DNA of 64,000 bases. Source: Bryobacterales bacterium (GTDB lineage Bacteria > Acidobacteriota > Terriglobia > Bryobacterales > Bryobacteraceae). Numbering within the stretch: position 1 is the stretch's first letter; the number at the start of each line of letters is the position of its first letter. Positions 27,709 to 37,802 of this stretch are shown here, one piece after another. The position numbers were made by a program, and so were the translations under genes. The notes below the pieces were generated by a model, which saw nothing but the letters and a program-made list of their open reading frames with translations, was not told where the DNA came from and did no database searches. Location of the stretch: the NCBI GenBank assembly GCA_038215275.1, contig JBBQRA010000003.1, positions 355 to 64,354 of the forward strand. The letters run 5' to 3'.

Positions 27709-28818
27709 CTAGGACTTCTGGTACCGCCGGAAAAAGTCCCAACTCTTTCTCGCGCATTCCCCCCACTGGAAGTGATCGCGCGCTCTTTGTTGGCCCGCCG
27801 CCCCGACCTGGGACCGCAATTCGGCCGAGTCCAGCAGGCGGCGAAGACCGTCGGCAATCTCCGAGACACTTCGGGGATCGACGTGGATTGCCCCCTCTCC
27901 GGTGATCTCCGGCAGGCATGAGGTGTTGGAAGTCAGGACCGGGACTCCGCACGCCATGGACTGCGCGACGGGGAAGCCAAACCCTTCATACAAAGAGGGA
28001 TACGCGAAAACCGCGGCGGCTTTAGTTAGAGCCGGCAGGTCCCGCTCGGCAACGTAGCCCAGGTAGCGGACGCCGGGCATCCCCGTTTCGATCCGGCGGG
28101 CCGTAGCGCCGGCGGCCCAGCCCATCGGACCGGCCAGAACCAATTCGAAGTCTTCGCGACGCAGTTGTGCCCAGGCGTCGAGAAGCGTATCGAGGTTCTT
28201 GCGCGGCTCGACGGTGCCTAAATTGAGGACGAAAGGCTTGGTGAGGCCCAGACGGGCCCGGACAGCATCGGCATCGGGTGCGGAGGCCCGGAAGAACCGG
28301 TCGTCGACACCGGAATGGATGGTGACTACCTTTTCCGGATGGAGGCCAAGGATGCGAATGGCGTCCTGGCGAGTGTTTTCGCTGACAGCGATGAGGCCGT
28401 CGGCCTTGGCGGCGATCTGGGCGGCGAAGCGTTTATCGGCTTCGACATTGGCCGGGGTGTGGAGTTCCGGCATGAGCCAGCAGGTGAGGTCGTGGAGGGT
28501 GGTCGTCAGGGCCATGCCGGGGACGGGATGGTGGACCTGATTGGTGGCGTGGAAGACGTCGGCCCGATGGTTGGCGAGGCGCATGAGCCAGCCGGGGCCG
28601 TAGTTGGAGCCGAGGAGGAAGGCGATGCGGGGGACAGTTTGCCAAGGGCTGAGAGTGGACTGTTCGTGGTTGAGGTTGCCAATCTGGTCGAGGAAGGGGA
28701 AGGGAGAGACCCGATGACCGGCGCCGGTTTGGCGGAGCGCGACGATCCAGTGGTAGAGGTAGTTTTTTACGCCGGCGCTGCGGAGGAGGAGCGGGGAGGC
28801 GTCGACGGCCAGGTGCAT
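27709..28818 (-). CDS. glycosyltransferase family 4 (GT-B, GT1/GT4 type)
   Basis: C-terminal domain with EGFGFPVAQSMACGVPVLTSN (E-x7-E region). N-terminal GT4-like domain. Confidence 0.85.
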   Translation of the reverse strand: MHLAVDASPLLLRSAGVKNYLYHWIVALRQTGAGHRVSPFPFLDQIGNLNHEQSTLSPWQTVPRIAFLLGSNYGPGWLMRLANHRADVFHATNQVHHPVPGMALTTTLHDLTCWLMPELHTPANVEADKRFAAQIAAKADGLIAVSENTRQDAIRILGLHPEKVVTIHSGVDDRFFRASAPDADAVRARLGLTKPFVLNLGTVEPRKNLDTLLDAWAQLRREDFELVLAGPMGWAAGATARRIETGMPGVRYLGYVAERDLPALTKAAAVFAYPSLYEGFGFPVAQSMACGVPVLTSNTSCLPEITGEGAIHVDPRSVSEIADGLRRLLDSAELRSQVGAAGQQRARDHFQWGECARKSWDFFRRYQKS

Positions 28819-29224
28819 GAGGTTCTCTCATGCTAGCGCGGCAGCTTGCACCTGCTCCCAGCGCTTGGCCCAGTGGGGAGCCTCTAGTGCTTCAAACTGG
28901 TCGTTCTCCAGATTGAGGAATTCTCGCCACACGCCCGTCCTGTTCGTGAACGAGCAGCCGACCGCCGATGGTGGCCGTCAAGCGTCCCCGATGGTCCCAG
29001 TCCGCCCAGTTTGCCGGGATGGCGAACAACTCCTCTCCAGTCGGCTGTTGGAGACCGCCTTTAGGACGGCGGCGCAGGACTTGATCAACTCGGCGTTTGA
29101 TGGCGCAGGGCGCTGCGCTCCAGGACGTGGAGGGGGCTAGGCGAGCCAGATCTCAATTGCCTTCCGCGCCAATCCGGTTTAGCATGAGGGATTAGTTTTG
29201 CCACAATCGGCAACGAGGAACATT

Positions 29225-29779
29225 ATGTGGAAACGTCGAGATCGCGAAGATGAACAGCCGTTGAGAGGGACCTCTACGCCTGTTCCAGAACCGGCTAAGG
29301 AGGGTATTTCCATGTCTACAACTCCCGCAATTCGCTCCTATGAACCGGAATCGCCGCGCGGGGTGGCAACCATAGGCAAGGCGGTTTACATCAAAGGGCA
29401 AATCATCGCCCGAGAAGACCTGATCGTCGACGGGCAAGTGGATGGCACCGTTGAAGCGCAGGAACACCGGATAACCGTTGGCCCGAATGGACGGGTGGCG
29501 GCGACAATCAAGGGTCGCCACATCATCATCCAGGGCCAGGTGACCGGCAATGTCGAAGGCAGCGAAAAGGTCGAGATCCGGAACGGCGCTAAGCTGCTCG
29601 GCGACGTACGGACAGTGAAGTTCGTTTGCGAAGAGGAAGGTACCATCAACGGCTCGGTCGCCAGCCTGCGCCCCGAACCGAAGCCCGTTGTTGTGGCTCC
29701 CCCGCCCGAGACGAAGGAAAAAACAATGGCCGCCTCAGCCACGCAACAAACCCTAGCCCCGCCTGAAGTCAAGAAGTAG
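29225..29779 (+). CDS. bactofilin (polymer-forming cytoskeletal protein, DUF583)
   Basis: Beta-helical repeat core KGQIIAREDLIVDGQVDGTVEAQEHRITVGPNGRVAATIKGRHIIIQGQVTGNVEG. Pro-rich tail. ATG at 29225 with GAGGA upstream. Confidence 0.8.
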   Translation: MWKRRDREDEQPLRGTSTPVPEPAKEGISMSTTPAIRSYEPESPRGVATIGKAVYIKGQIIAREDLIVDGQVDGTVEAQEHRITVGPNGRVAATIKGRHIIIQGQVTGNVEGSEKVEIRNGAKLLGDVRTVKFVCEEEGTINGSVASLRPEPKPVVVAPPPETKEKTMAASATQQTLAPPEVKK

Positions 29780-29784
29780 TAGCC

Positions 29785-30462
29785 GTGCTGGACAAGCTAC
29801 GGAATTTTTTTCAGACCGATGACGAGCCGCCGAAACTATCGGCGTACACGCCGCCGCCTGTCCAGCCGTCCACTCCCATTCAGTTGACCCGCGTGTCAAA
29901 CGGACTCGACCAGTTCTTCCTGGAGCTGGCCGGACAGGATCGGTTGAAGATCCTCGACCTTTGCGGGGCACCGGCTACCACCGAGTATCTTTTTGAGCAG
30001 CAGCAGATTCCCCGCCCGGATTCGTTCTATCGGGCGCTGGAGTTGGCCTTTGGAAACGGCCCGAGGTATCTCGAGCGCCAACTGGAAGAGGATCGGGTCG
30101 AAATATTCGTCAAGCACACTCTCGACCACAAAGAAGGCGAATTTGACGCGGTGCTGCTTTGGGATTCGCTTCAGTATCTGCGACCGGAGTTACTGGGACC
30201 GGTGCTCGAACAGATCCATGCCATCACCCGGCCGGGCGCGCCGATTTTCGCCATCTTCCACGCCGACGAGCGCATTGAGGAGGTGCCGGTTTTCTCCTAT
30301 CAGATTCAGTCGCGAAATCAGCTAAGCCTCACGGAACGCGACCGCCGCCGGCTGGCGCAGCCCTTCAATAACCGTACCATTGACAGAATCTTCAAGAATT
30401 TCGGGCCAAGGAAGTTTTTCCTGGCCAGGGATCAGTTGCGAGAAGTTTTGATCTGGCGGTAG
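29785..30462 (+). CDS. hypothetical protein, class I SAM-methyltransferase-like fold (tentative)
   Basis: LKILDLCGA... and AVLLWDSLQYLRPE...ITRPGAPIFAIF resemble methyltransferase motifs I and post-II/III. GTG start. Confidence 0.5.
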   Translation: MLDKLRNFFQTDDEPPKLSAYTPPPVQPSTPIQLTRVSNGLDQFFLELAGQDRLKILDLCGAPATTEYLFEQQQIPRPDSFYRALELAFGNGPRYLERQLEEDRVEIFVKHTLDHKEGEFDAVLLWDSLQYLRPELLGPVLEQIHAITRPGAPIFAIFHADERIEEVPVFSYQIQSRNQLSLTERDRRRLAQPFNNRTIDRIFKNFGPRKFFLARDQLREVLIWR

Positions 30463-30491
30463 GATTCCACGGGACGGGTCTGGCTCCCCGG

Positions 30492-30497
30492 TATAAT
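30492..30497 (+). promoter_or_regulatory. candidate -10 box (TATAAT) upstream of lysS
   Basis: Consensus TATAAT lies 25 nt upstream of the TTG start. GGAG at 30511-30514 serves as SD. No convincing -35 seen. Confidence 0.3.
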
Positions 30498-30521
30498 GGG
30501 AGTTTTTGAAGGAGTTCGATA

Positions 30522-32024
30522 TTGTCGCTCGAACATGAGCTGCTGAAGCAGCGGCTCCAACGTACTCACGAGATCAGCAGCCTCGGCCAGCTTCCTTACG
30601 GTTCCCGCTTTGATGCCTCGCATAGCGTGCCCCAACTCTGGGATGAACACGGCGCGAAGCCAGCGGAAGAGCTTGAAACCACCAAGATCGCTGTCCGCGT
30701 TTGCGGCCGCATCAACTCGCTGCGCGGCAAGGGCAAGGCCGGCTTCCTGCATCTCGAACAGGGCGGCCGCAAGATTCAGGTCTATATCAAGATCGACTTC
30801 CTCTCCGAGAGCGACTTCAAGCTCTATCAGCTGCTCGATATCGGCGACATCCTCGGGGTGGATGGGACGCTGTTCCATACGCGCACCGGCGAGTTCTCCA
30901 TCCACGCGACCGGCCTGACGTTTCTGTCGAAGACGTTGCTGCCCATGCCGGAGAAGTACCACGGCCTCGAAGACGTCGAAACCCGCACGCGCCAGCGCTA
31001 TCTTGATCTCATTGCGAATACCGACGTCCGTGCCACCTTCGTGGCCCGCGCCAAGGTCACTCAGTCCCTCCGCCGGCAACTTGATGCCCGGGGCTTCGTC
31101 GAAGTCGAAACGCCGATGCTGCAGCCGCTTTATGGCGGCGCTGCCGCGCGGCCCTTCGTCACGCATCACAACACGCTCGACCTTGACCTCTATCTCCGCA
31201 TCGCCCCGGAACTGTACCTCAAGCGCCTGATCGTCGGTGGGATGGACCGGGTCTACGAGATCAATCGCAACTTCCGCAACGAAGGCATTTCGATCAAGCA
31301 CAACCCCGAGTTCACGATGCTTGAGTTCTACCAGGCCTATACCGACTATCGCGGCCTGATGGACTTGACCGAGGAACTCCTTCGGCAGGTGGCCATCGAC
31401 GTCACTGGCGGCACGACGATCACCTACCAGGGGCAGGAGATCGATTTCGGCTCCATCCGCCGCTACACTATGCGAGAGGCTGTCATCGAATACTGGCGCG
31501 GCGAAGACAAACCGTCGATTGCCGATTTGACAGACCCCACGTGGCTCGTTCGGCACTCCTCGAAATCCACCTCCGGCGAGATGCTGCTCGATTTGTTCGA
31601 GCGCGTTTGCGAAGAGCATCTCTTCCATCCGACGATGATCTACGACTACCCCGTGGAAGTCTCGCCGCTTTCTAAAAACAAACCCGACGAACCCAACTTC
31701 GTCGAGCGCTTCGAAATCTTCTGCGCCGGCATGGAGATCGGCAACGCCTATACCGAGTTGAACGACCCCAACGAGCAGCGCAAGCGTTTTGAACTGCAAC
31801 TCGCCATGGCGGCCCGTGGCGATGACGAAGCCCACCAGATGGATGAGGACTACGTCCGCGCCCTCTGCTACGGCATGCCCCCCACGGGTGGGGAAGGGAT
31901 CGGCATCGACCGCCTGACGATGATCCTCACCGACTCCCGCTCTATTCGCGACGTGATTCTCTTCCCGCTCCTCCGGCCCGAAGGGGAGATCGGCATCGCT
32001 CAACTCTTGCGCGACTCGGAATGA
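30522..32024 (+). CDS. lysS: lysine--tRNA ligase (class II)
   Basis: Full-length LysRS-like sequence: OB-fold N-domain, [52 protein letters not shown]. Confidence 0.93.
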   Translation: MSLEHELLKQRLQRTHEISSLGQLPYGSRFDASHSVPQLWDEHGAKPAEELETTKIAVRVCGRINSLRGKGKAGFLHLEQGGRKIQVYIKIDFLSESDFKLYQLLDIGDILGVDGTLFHTRTGEFSIHATGLTFLSKTLLPMPEKYHGLEDVETRTRQRYLDLIANTDVRATFVARAKVTQSLRRQLDARGFVEVETPMLQPLYGGAAARPFVTHHNTLDLDLYLRIAPELYLKRLIVGGMDRVYEINRNFRNEGISIKHNPEFTMLEFYQAYTDYRGLMDLTEELLRQVAIDVTGGTTITYQGQEIDFGSIRRYTMREAVIEYWRGEDKPSIADLTDPTWLVRHSSKSTSGEMLLDLFERVCEEHLFHPTMIYDYPVEVSPLSKNKPDEPNFVERFEIFCAGMEIGNAYTELNDPNEQRKRFELQLAMAARGDDEAHQMDEDYVRALCYGMPPTGGEGIGIDRLTMILTDSRSIRDVILFPLLRPEGEIGIAQLLRDSE

Positions 32025-33256
32025 ACTTCGCCTTTGAACGCTTCGTCGCCCGTCGCTACTTGACCGCGAAGCGCAAACACGCGGTCATCTCGGTAATTAC
32101 CGGGATCTCCATTCTCGGCGTAGCGGCAGGGGTGATGGCGTTGATCATTGCCCTCGCCATCACGAACGGCTTCCGCAATACGCTGCAGCGAACACTGCTC
32201 GGCGCCACAGCCCATGCCGCGCTCCTTGAAAAGGAGCCTGGCATCGGCTTTGAAGAGTGGCCGGCAATGGCGCAGAACCTGCGAACCATTCCCCATGTCA
32301 CGAGCGTTTCGCCGGTGCTCTACGGCCAAGTGCTCTATAGCGGTCCGCTGCAGGGGCAAGGCGGGGTGCTGAAAGGGCTCGCCCCGGGCAGCAGCGGCGA
32401 ATGGAGCGAAATCGCCAAGTACTTGAAGCAGGGCAGCCTCGACCGCCTGCAGCAGGATACCGGTTACCCCGGCGTCCTCCTCGGGGCCCGCTTGGCCAGT
32501 CGCTCTGGCATGCTGCTCGATTCCATCGTCACTGTAATCAGTCCGAACGGCGACCTTACCCCGCTGGGCCCGCGGCCGAGCTATCACAAGTTCCGCGTCG
32601 TGGGTATCTTTGAGAGCGGCTTCTTCGATCTCGACAACACGTGGGGCTTCGCCCGTCTGAATGATGTCCAAATGGTCCTCGGCCAGCCGGACGTCGTAAA
32701 CGCGATCGAGATGAAGCTCGACGACGTCTCCCTCGCTCCCGAAATCGCCCGTCGGGCCGAGAAGATGGCCGGCAACAAGGTGGGCGGTACGCATTGGCAG
32801 GAGCAGAACAAACAGATTCTCTCCGCGTTGAAGATGGACCGCGTGGTCACGGTGATTACCATTTCGCTGATCCAACTAATCGCCGCGCTGAACATTCTCA
32901 TCAGCCTGATCATGATGGTGATGGAAAAGAATCGCGACATTGCGGTGCTGATCTCGATGGGTGCGCGGTGGGACCAGATCCGCCGGATCTTCATCTTCCA
33001 GGGCCTGATGATCGGCGCCGTGGGCTCCTCGATCGGACTGATTTTAGGCTACGGCCTCAGCTACCTGGCCGAGCATTACAAGTGGATTTCGCTCGATGCC
33101 GAGGTCTATGCTCTCAGCTATGTGCCGTTTGAGCCTCGGCCCATCGACGCGCTGTGGGTTACTGGGGGAGCCCTTCTTGTCAGCTTCCTGGCGACGCTCT
33201 ACCCCGCCCGCCAGGCGACGAAGGTGCTTCCGGCAGAAGCTCTCCGCTACGAATAG
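32021..33256 (+). CDS. LolC/LolE-family lipoprotein-releasing system permease (FtsX)
   Basis: [14 protein letters not shown]... N-terminus typical of LolC/E. C-terminal FtsX block ([27 protein letters not shown]). ATGA overlap with lysS. Confidence 0.82.
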   Translation: MNFAFERFVARRYLTAKRKHAVISVITGISILGVAAGVMALIIALAITNGFRNTLQRTLLGATAHAALLEKEPGIGFEEWPAMAQNLRTIPHVTSVSPVLYGQVLYSGPLQGQGGVLKGLAPGSSGEWSEIAKYLKQGSLDRLQQDTGYPGVLLGARLASRSGMLLDSIVTVISPNGDLTPLGPRPSYHKFRVVGIFESGFFDLDNTWGFARLNDVQMVLGQPDVVNAIEMKLDDVSLAPEIARRAEKMAGNKVGGTHWQEQNKQILSALKMDRVVTVITISLIQLIAALNILISLIMMVMEKNRDIAVLISMGARWDQIRRIFIFQGLMIGAVGSSIGLILGYGLSYLAEHYKWISLDAEVYALSYVPFEPRPIDALWVTGGALLVSFLATLYPARQATKVLPAEALRYE

Positions 33257-33263
33257 CCGAGGT

Positions 33264-34844
33264 TCACGACCACGGCCGGGCTTCGACGCGTAGCCGCCCG
33301 CGCAGGCCCGGGCGCGTCTTCTGCTCAATCGGAATCTCGAACGCGATGCCCGCGGCCGGATCACCCACCACCAGTTCCCGCGTCGCTGCGTCCACTCCCG
33401 GCTTCCCCGGATTCATATCCTGATAGCCATACTTAATCCGCCATCCCGCCGGGGCAGCCTTGTCCGGAAACGCTTCCACCAATATCAGCTCCCGATAGAT
33501 GAAGCCGCCCTCGTAGTGCCGTTTCAGGAATAGTAGACCATCCACCACATAGTCCGGCACAAGCACCTTCACATCAAAAGCGAAGCTTACCGAGTTCGAC
33601 GCCTTCACGCTCTTCTTCGGATCGAGAAAGAGCGAGAAGAGGTGCGGGCTCTTCGTCCGGTCCGGCGCGCGCATCGTGCCATCGGCTCCCGGAAACAAGT
33701 CATCATAGGTCCGAAACACTGCCGAGTTCTCTCGCACCTCGCGCCGCGTCATCTGCCATTGGCAGCCTCGCACACTCGCCGCAATTTCGAACTGATACGA
33801 CGCCCGAACGGCCTTCCCCTCTTCGTGAGCCTTCTGGACCTCCGCTGGCAGCGTAATGTCGTCGATGTCCAAAACTCCATCGACGCGCAGCGCGCCAAAC
33901 AGAAACCGCGTCAGGTTCTGGAAGCCCTCTTCCGAGTTCACAATTCCGTAGTGGCCCGAATGGCTCCGGTGCACAAAGGCCCGCGGCGAGGTGACGTCGT
34001 GGCCATCGGGCCCCGGCCCATGTGTCGTCGCGTTTTCAATCCGCACCAGCCCATCGCTTGCCGGCCCCACCGCCCAACTCGAAATGCCGCCTGCGGCAGT
34101 GTAGTCGGCGGGGTTCGTACCGACCAGGTTGAAAACCCGTTCCGGCGGAAAGTTCTTCACAATCGAGACATCGTCGCCCGGAGGCAAGCCCAAGTACCCA
34201 GCCATCTTCCCGCGGTTGAAATTGTTGATGTCTCCAAACGAAAGCCATCCGGGCACGTTGCGCACAACACGCATGTCGATTCCGTTGTGAGGAGTCGCGT
34301 AGGTGAACAGCTTATTTACCGCGCCCCGTGCTTCGTCCGAGCCAAGTGCCGGGTTCTGCAGAAAAGCCCGGCAAACCAGCCCTCCCATTGAATGGGCCAC
34401 CAGATAAACGCGGAAATCCTCTGCCTTCACTTCGTTCGCCTTGTTGGCGCAGATTCGCTCTCGCAAGCGCAGAATTAGATCTCCCAACCCACGTGCGAAG
34501 TGCTCAATCGGCGGAGTCTTGCCGTCACCAAAATCCTTAGAGGCTTCGTCGTAGTAGCGATAGATGATGATGCTGCGGTACGGAACCTCTCGGTCCGTAC
34601 GCTGCGCTGCCAGCAGGTCGTCCCCATCGACAAACACATCCTCGTAGTCGTGGTCGCCCATCAGCCGCACCAGCGGCGACTCGAAGAAGAAGCGTTTCAA
34701 TTCGCCCGTCCAGGCCGTGCGCGCCTTGGTCGATCCGATGTTGAAGCCCATGTAGGGGTCAGCCACCGTCTCCTCAATCTCGCTTTGCGTGGCAGCGAAG
34801 CCGCGGACATAAATGATGGGGTGGTAAGGGTGATGCGACGCCAT
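33264..34844 (-). CDS. alpha/beta hydrolase (lipase/esterase, PGAP1/DUF676-like) with an uncharacterised C-terminal domain of about 230 aa
   Basis: Nucleophile elbow VAHSMGGLV preceded by IIYVRGF. The C-terminal half has no recognised motif. Confidence 0.68.
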   Translation of the reverse strand: MASHHPYHPIIYVRGFAATQSEIEETVADPYMGFNIGSTKARTAWTGELKRFFFESPLVRLMGDHDYEDVFVDGDDLLAAQRTDREVPYRSIIIYRYYDEASKDFGDGKTPPIEHFARGLGDLILRLRERICANKANEVKAEDFRVYLVAHSMGGLVCRAFLQNPALGSDEARGAVNKLFTYATPHNGIDMRVVRNVPGWLSFGDINNFNRGKMAGYLGLPPGDDVSIVKNFPPERVFNLVGTNPADYTAAGGISSWAVGPASDGLVRIENATTHGPGPDGHDVTSPRAFVHRSHSGHYGIVNSEEGFQNLTRFLFGALRVDGVLDIDDITLPAEVQKAHEEGKAVRASYQFEIAASVRGCQWQMTRREVRENSAVFRTYDDLFPGADGTMRAPDRTKSPHLFSLFLDPKKSVKASNSVSFAFDVKVLVPDYVVDGLLFLKRHYEGGFIYRELILVEAFPDKAAPAGWRIKYGYQDMNPGKPGVDAATRELVVGDPAAGIAFEIPIEQKTRPGLRGRLRVEARPWS

Positions 34845-34951
34845 GGGTGTCTCCTATCTACAACAAGGCAATTGGTTTCAGCCTACCAAGAGATACATCC
34901 CAGGGCGACCAAACGTCAGTCGCACGTTCGCGTTCCACCGCCACCGGCCAG

Positions 34952-36475
34952 TTACGGCGTGTCGGCTCCTTCCTCCTGGCGAAGCCAGTCAGTGGCCCGA
35001 TGGGTGGATGACAACAGCGCTCCCACCGTATCCAGCCGAAGCGCCGCGCCACCCCAAGGGCGATACCCCTCGAGTTGCTGAAGATAGATCCCCCAATCCG
35101 CATCCGAAAGTCCATCGCCCAGTTTGGCCCGCTTCCGCAGGCGCTCCCGAACGCACGCCGCGGCCAGCGAACATTCCACCACGCGCAGTCGCGCCCCGGC
35201 CGCCTCGGCCAATTGCGCCACCGCCGTTCGCTGGTTCTGGGCCGAGAACGTTCCGTCAACGACGACGCCGCCGTCGGTCCGCAAGCGTGTGGCGGCCCGT
35301 TCGAACAGCGTCCGATACGTCAGCTCCGTGTGCTCCGGCCCGTAGGCCCCTTCGCCATAGGCGGCAGGCCCTTTTGCGACGCCGAAGAGTTCTCGCCGCA
35401 CACTGTCGGTCGAAATCACGTGCAGCCCCAGTTCCCCCGCCACAGATCGCGCAATCGCAGTTTTGCCGCTCCCCGATAGTCCCGCCACAACGACCAAAGT
35501 CTTCTCCTTCAGCCGGTCAGCGTACCGCCGGGAGACATCAAAGTAGTGGGTTGCCTCTGCCGCGGCCGCCGCCATTTCCTCCGCACTGAACTCAGGCTCC
35601 GCTAAGCGGAAACCGGCCACCTTGCCACGCACAAAAGCCCGGTAGCAGCGATAGAACGGCTGCAGCATCATCAGCCCTTCGTCTGGACTCCGCCGCAAGT
35701 ACTCTTCAACGAAGTAGTAGCCAAGATCCGGCCGCCCCCGTGCGTCCAGATCCATCGCCAGAAAAGCTACCTCGCTGGCGACATCCTCGCAGCGGAAGCG
35801 CTCGTTAAATTCGATGCAGTCAAAGATATAGATCTGCTCAGCAACATTGATGCTCTCGCACCGCAGGTCGCCATGGCCGTCCACGATGTGGCCGCCGGTC
35901 ACCCGTGCCTCAAACAGCCCTGCATGCCGTTCAAGTTCCCCATGGACCCACCGGCGAATCCAGGCGCGCTCACGCGGAGCAATCGAGGCCCACGCCGAGC
36001 CATCGGTCTGCGCAAAGTTCTCCCGCCAGTTCTCCTCGATCACGGCGAGCCTCCCGTACCGGTCCACCTCCGGGCCACGCCGCGCTCCGCGATGAAACCG
36101 CGCCAGAGTCTCTGCGATGTCCCGGATCATCGTTTCGGACACCTCGTCGCGCCGGACGAGTTCATCCAGCATGCGCTCCCGGCGAAGCCGCTTCATCAGA
36201 ACGCCGTAGTCGAGCGATTCGCCTTCTCCGAGCGTCTCGACGCCAAGATAGATGTCCGGGCTCAGCCGGCTATTTAGCTCCACTTCGGCTTGGCACGCGG
36301 CCAAGCGTTTCTCTGGCGTCGTGTAGTCGAGAAAGCCGAAGTTCACTGGCTTTTTCAGCTTCAGCACGCGGTCCTGCCCCAACAGGACCGCCGAAATGTG
36401 CGTCTGGATCAACGGTTCGCCTGACCACTCCGGCAGCCGGTGAAGTTTGGCGATCCTATTGATCCAGGGATCCAT
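34952..36475 (-). CDS. fusion protein: aminoglycoside-phosphotransferase-like kinase domain + P-loop (AAA_33/zeta-like) kinase domain
   Basis: N-terminal APH-like region (THISAVLLG..VLKLKKP, GHGDLRCESINV). C-terminal Walker A VVVAGLSGSGKTAIA. Confidence 0.72.
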   Translation of the reverse strand: MDPWINRIAKLHRLPEWSGEPLIQTHISAVLLGQDRVLKLKKPVNFGFLDYTTPEKRLAACQAEVELNSRLSPDIYLGVETLGEGESLDYGVLMKRLRRERMLDELVRRDEVSETMIRDIAETLARFHRGARRGPEVDRYGRLAVIEENWRENFAQTDGSAWASIAPRERAWIRRWVHGELERHAGLFEARVTGGHIVDGHGDLRCESINVAEQIYIFDCIEFNERFRCEDVASEVAFLAMDLDARGRPDLGYYFVEEYLRRSPDEGLMMLQPFYRCYRAFVRGKVAGFRLAEPEFSAEEMAAAAAEATHYFDVSRRYADRLKEKTLVVVAGLSGSGKTAIARSVAGELGLHVISTDSVRRELFGVAKGPAAYGEGAYGPEHTELTYRTLFERAATRLRTDGGVVVDGTFSAQNQRTAVAQLAEAAGARLRVVECSLAAACVRERLRKRAKLGDGLSDADWGIYLQQLEGYRPWGGAALRLDTVGALLSSTHRATDWLRQEEGADTP

Positions 36476-36481
36476 GCATTG

Positions 36482-37051
36482 CTATTCGGCCGCGGTCTCC
36501 ATGAAGTAGTACGCGATCATGTGGCAAGTCATCATATGCACGTCTTCAATGCGCCCCATATGCTGATTGGGAACATGAATGTTCAACTGCGCCAGTTCAG
36601 CCAGCTTGCCGCCATTCCGCCCGGAAAGGCCGATGGTCTTGCAGCCAATCTGATTGGCGTATTCCATCGCCTTCACCACGTTGGGCGAGTTGCCCGAACC
36701 GCTGATCGCCATGAACACGTCGCCCGGTTGCGCGAAGTTCTTAAGCTGCTCGGTGAAGATCGCGTCGTAGCCCACATCGTTCGAATACGCACTCAACGTG
36801 CCGATGTTTTCGTTCAGTGAAATGATCCGGAAACGGCTGGTCCGCCCGAAGCTGGCGCCCTTCACCATGTCGCACACAAAGTGCGAAGCAGAAGCGGCAC
36901 TGCCGCCGTTCCCACCCAAAAAGATCGTCTTGCCGGTCGCCCGCGCGTCAGCAAAAATGGCAACGGCCTGCTCGATCCCAGCGATGTCGAGCGTGTTCAG
37001 ACTGGCGATCAGATCGGCGCGGTAGTTCTCGAAAAAATTCATAAAATTCAA
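36482..37051 (-). CDS. gmhA: D-sedoheptulose-7-phosphate isomerase (SIS domain)
   Basis: GNGGSAASASHF, ISGSGNSPNV, and C-terminal His-containing motif EDVHMMTCHMI. Confidence 0.83.
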   Translation of the reverse strand: MNFMNFFENYRADLIASLNTLDIAGIEQAVAIFADARATGKTIFLGGNGGSAASASHFVCDMVKGASFGRTSRFRIISLNENIGTLSAYSNDVGYDAIFTEQLKNFAQPGDVFMAISGSGNSPNVVKAMEYANQIGCKTIGLSGRNGGKLAELAQLNIHVPNQHMGRIEDVHMMTCHMIAYYFMETAAE

Positions 37052-37180
37052 TGTTATCTTCAGGATAGCACCGACTCGCCGGGCGCAGCGATTTTCAGGA
37101 ATGCGCGCCGCCGTTCGCCGTCGGCTTCACCGAGACACCGTGACTCGACGGAACGCATTACACTGCGAAGGGAGTCCGCC

Positions 37181-37801
37181 ATGAAGATCATCCTGACAGC
37201 CGCCCTCATCTATTCCGCCCTTGCCGCCGCCGACGGGTCCGTCTCCTACCGTTGCCCGTCAGGCGAGACCTTTCAAGTGCTCTACCAGAAAAGCGGGACG
37301 CGAGCCGTTCTGATCGTCCCCGGAAAACCCAAGCTCACCCTCCAGCAAAGGGGGCCGCAATACTCGGACGGATTCACAGCTCTGACCGTCCAGGGTCCCG
37401 AGGCAACCCTCGCCTCCGGAGTCGTAAACTTGAAAGGCTGCACCGACTCAACCGTGAAAATGGCGCCCCAAGCCAGCCTCGGCGGAAAGTGGACCCTCGC
37501 CACGCTCGCGGGCCAACCTGTCACGCTCCCCCGCCCAGCCTTCATCGACTTCCAGGCCGATGGCGGCACCGCCGGGCTCGCCGGCTGCAACCGGTTCAAC
37601 AGCGGCTACACCTCCTCCGGCTCGTCGCTCGCCTTTAAAGGCGTCGTCGTCACGCGCATGGCCTGCATCGGGGACGCAATGAATATCGAAGTCCAGTTCT
37701 TGAAAGCGATGGAGCAAACCACGTCCTACAGCATCGCCGCCAAGACTCTAACCCTCCGCAACGCCACCGGCGAAGCTCTCGCCACGTTGATCAAAGACTG
37801 A
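37181..37801 (+). CDS. secreted MliC-like + META (HslJ-like) domain protein
   Basis: Signal peptide MKIILTAALIYSALAAA. YRCPSGETFQVLY... is MliC-like. GGKWTLATLAG...AGCNRFNSGY...TRMAC is META. Confidence 0.68.
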   Translation: MKIILTAALIYSALAAADGSVSYRCPSGETFQVLYQKSGTRAVLIVPGKPKLTLQQRGPQYSDGFTALTVQGPEATLASGVVNLKGCTDSTVKMAPQASLGGKWTLATLAGQPVTLPRPAFIDFQADGGTAGLAGCNRFNSGYTSSGSSLAFKGVVVTRMACIGDAMNIEVQFLKAMEQTTSYSIAAKTLTLRNATGEALATLIKD

Positions 37802-37802
37802 C

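Noticed and set aside
28819-29197. A possible decayed small gene (toxin-antitoxin-like remnant) on the minus strand between the GT4 and bactofilin genes
   Set aside because: Two minus-strand frames give protein-like text (...LFAIPANWADWDHRGRLTATIGGRLLVHEQDGR and VWREFLNLENDQFEALEAPHWAKRWEQVQAAALA) that would join with a 1-nt shift. However, there is no in-frame start codon, I recognise no family, and each piece is short. The 107-aa plus-strand ORF (28817-29140) is Ala/Ser/Arg-rich and unconvincing. I left it unannotated.
30432-32003. 523-aa minus-strand ORF
   Set aside because: It is exactly antisense to lysS, which is recognisable along its full length. The composition (Gly/Ala/Val/Asp/Arg runs) is that of a GC-rich antisense frame.
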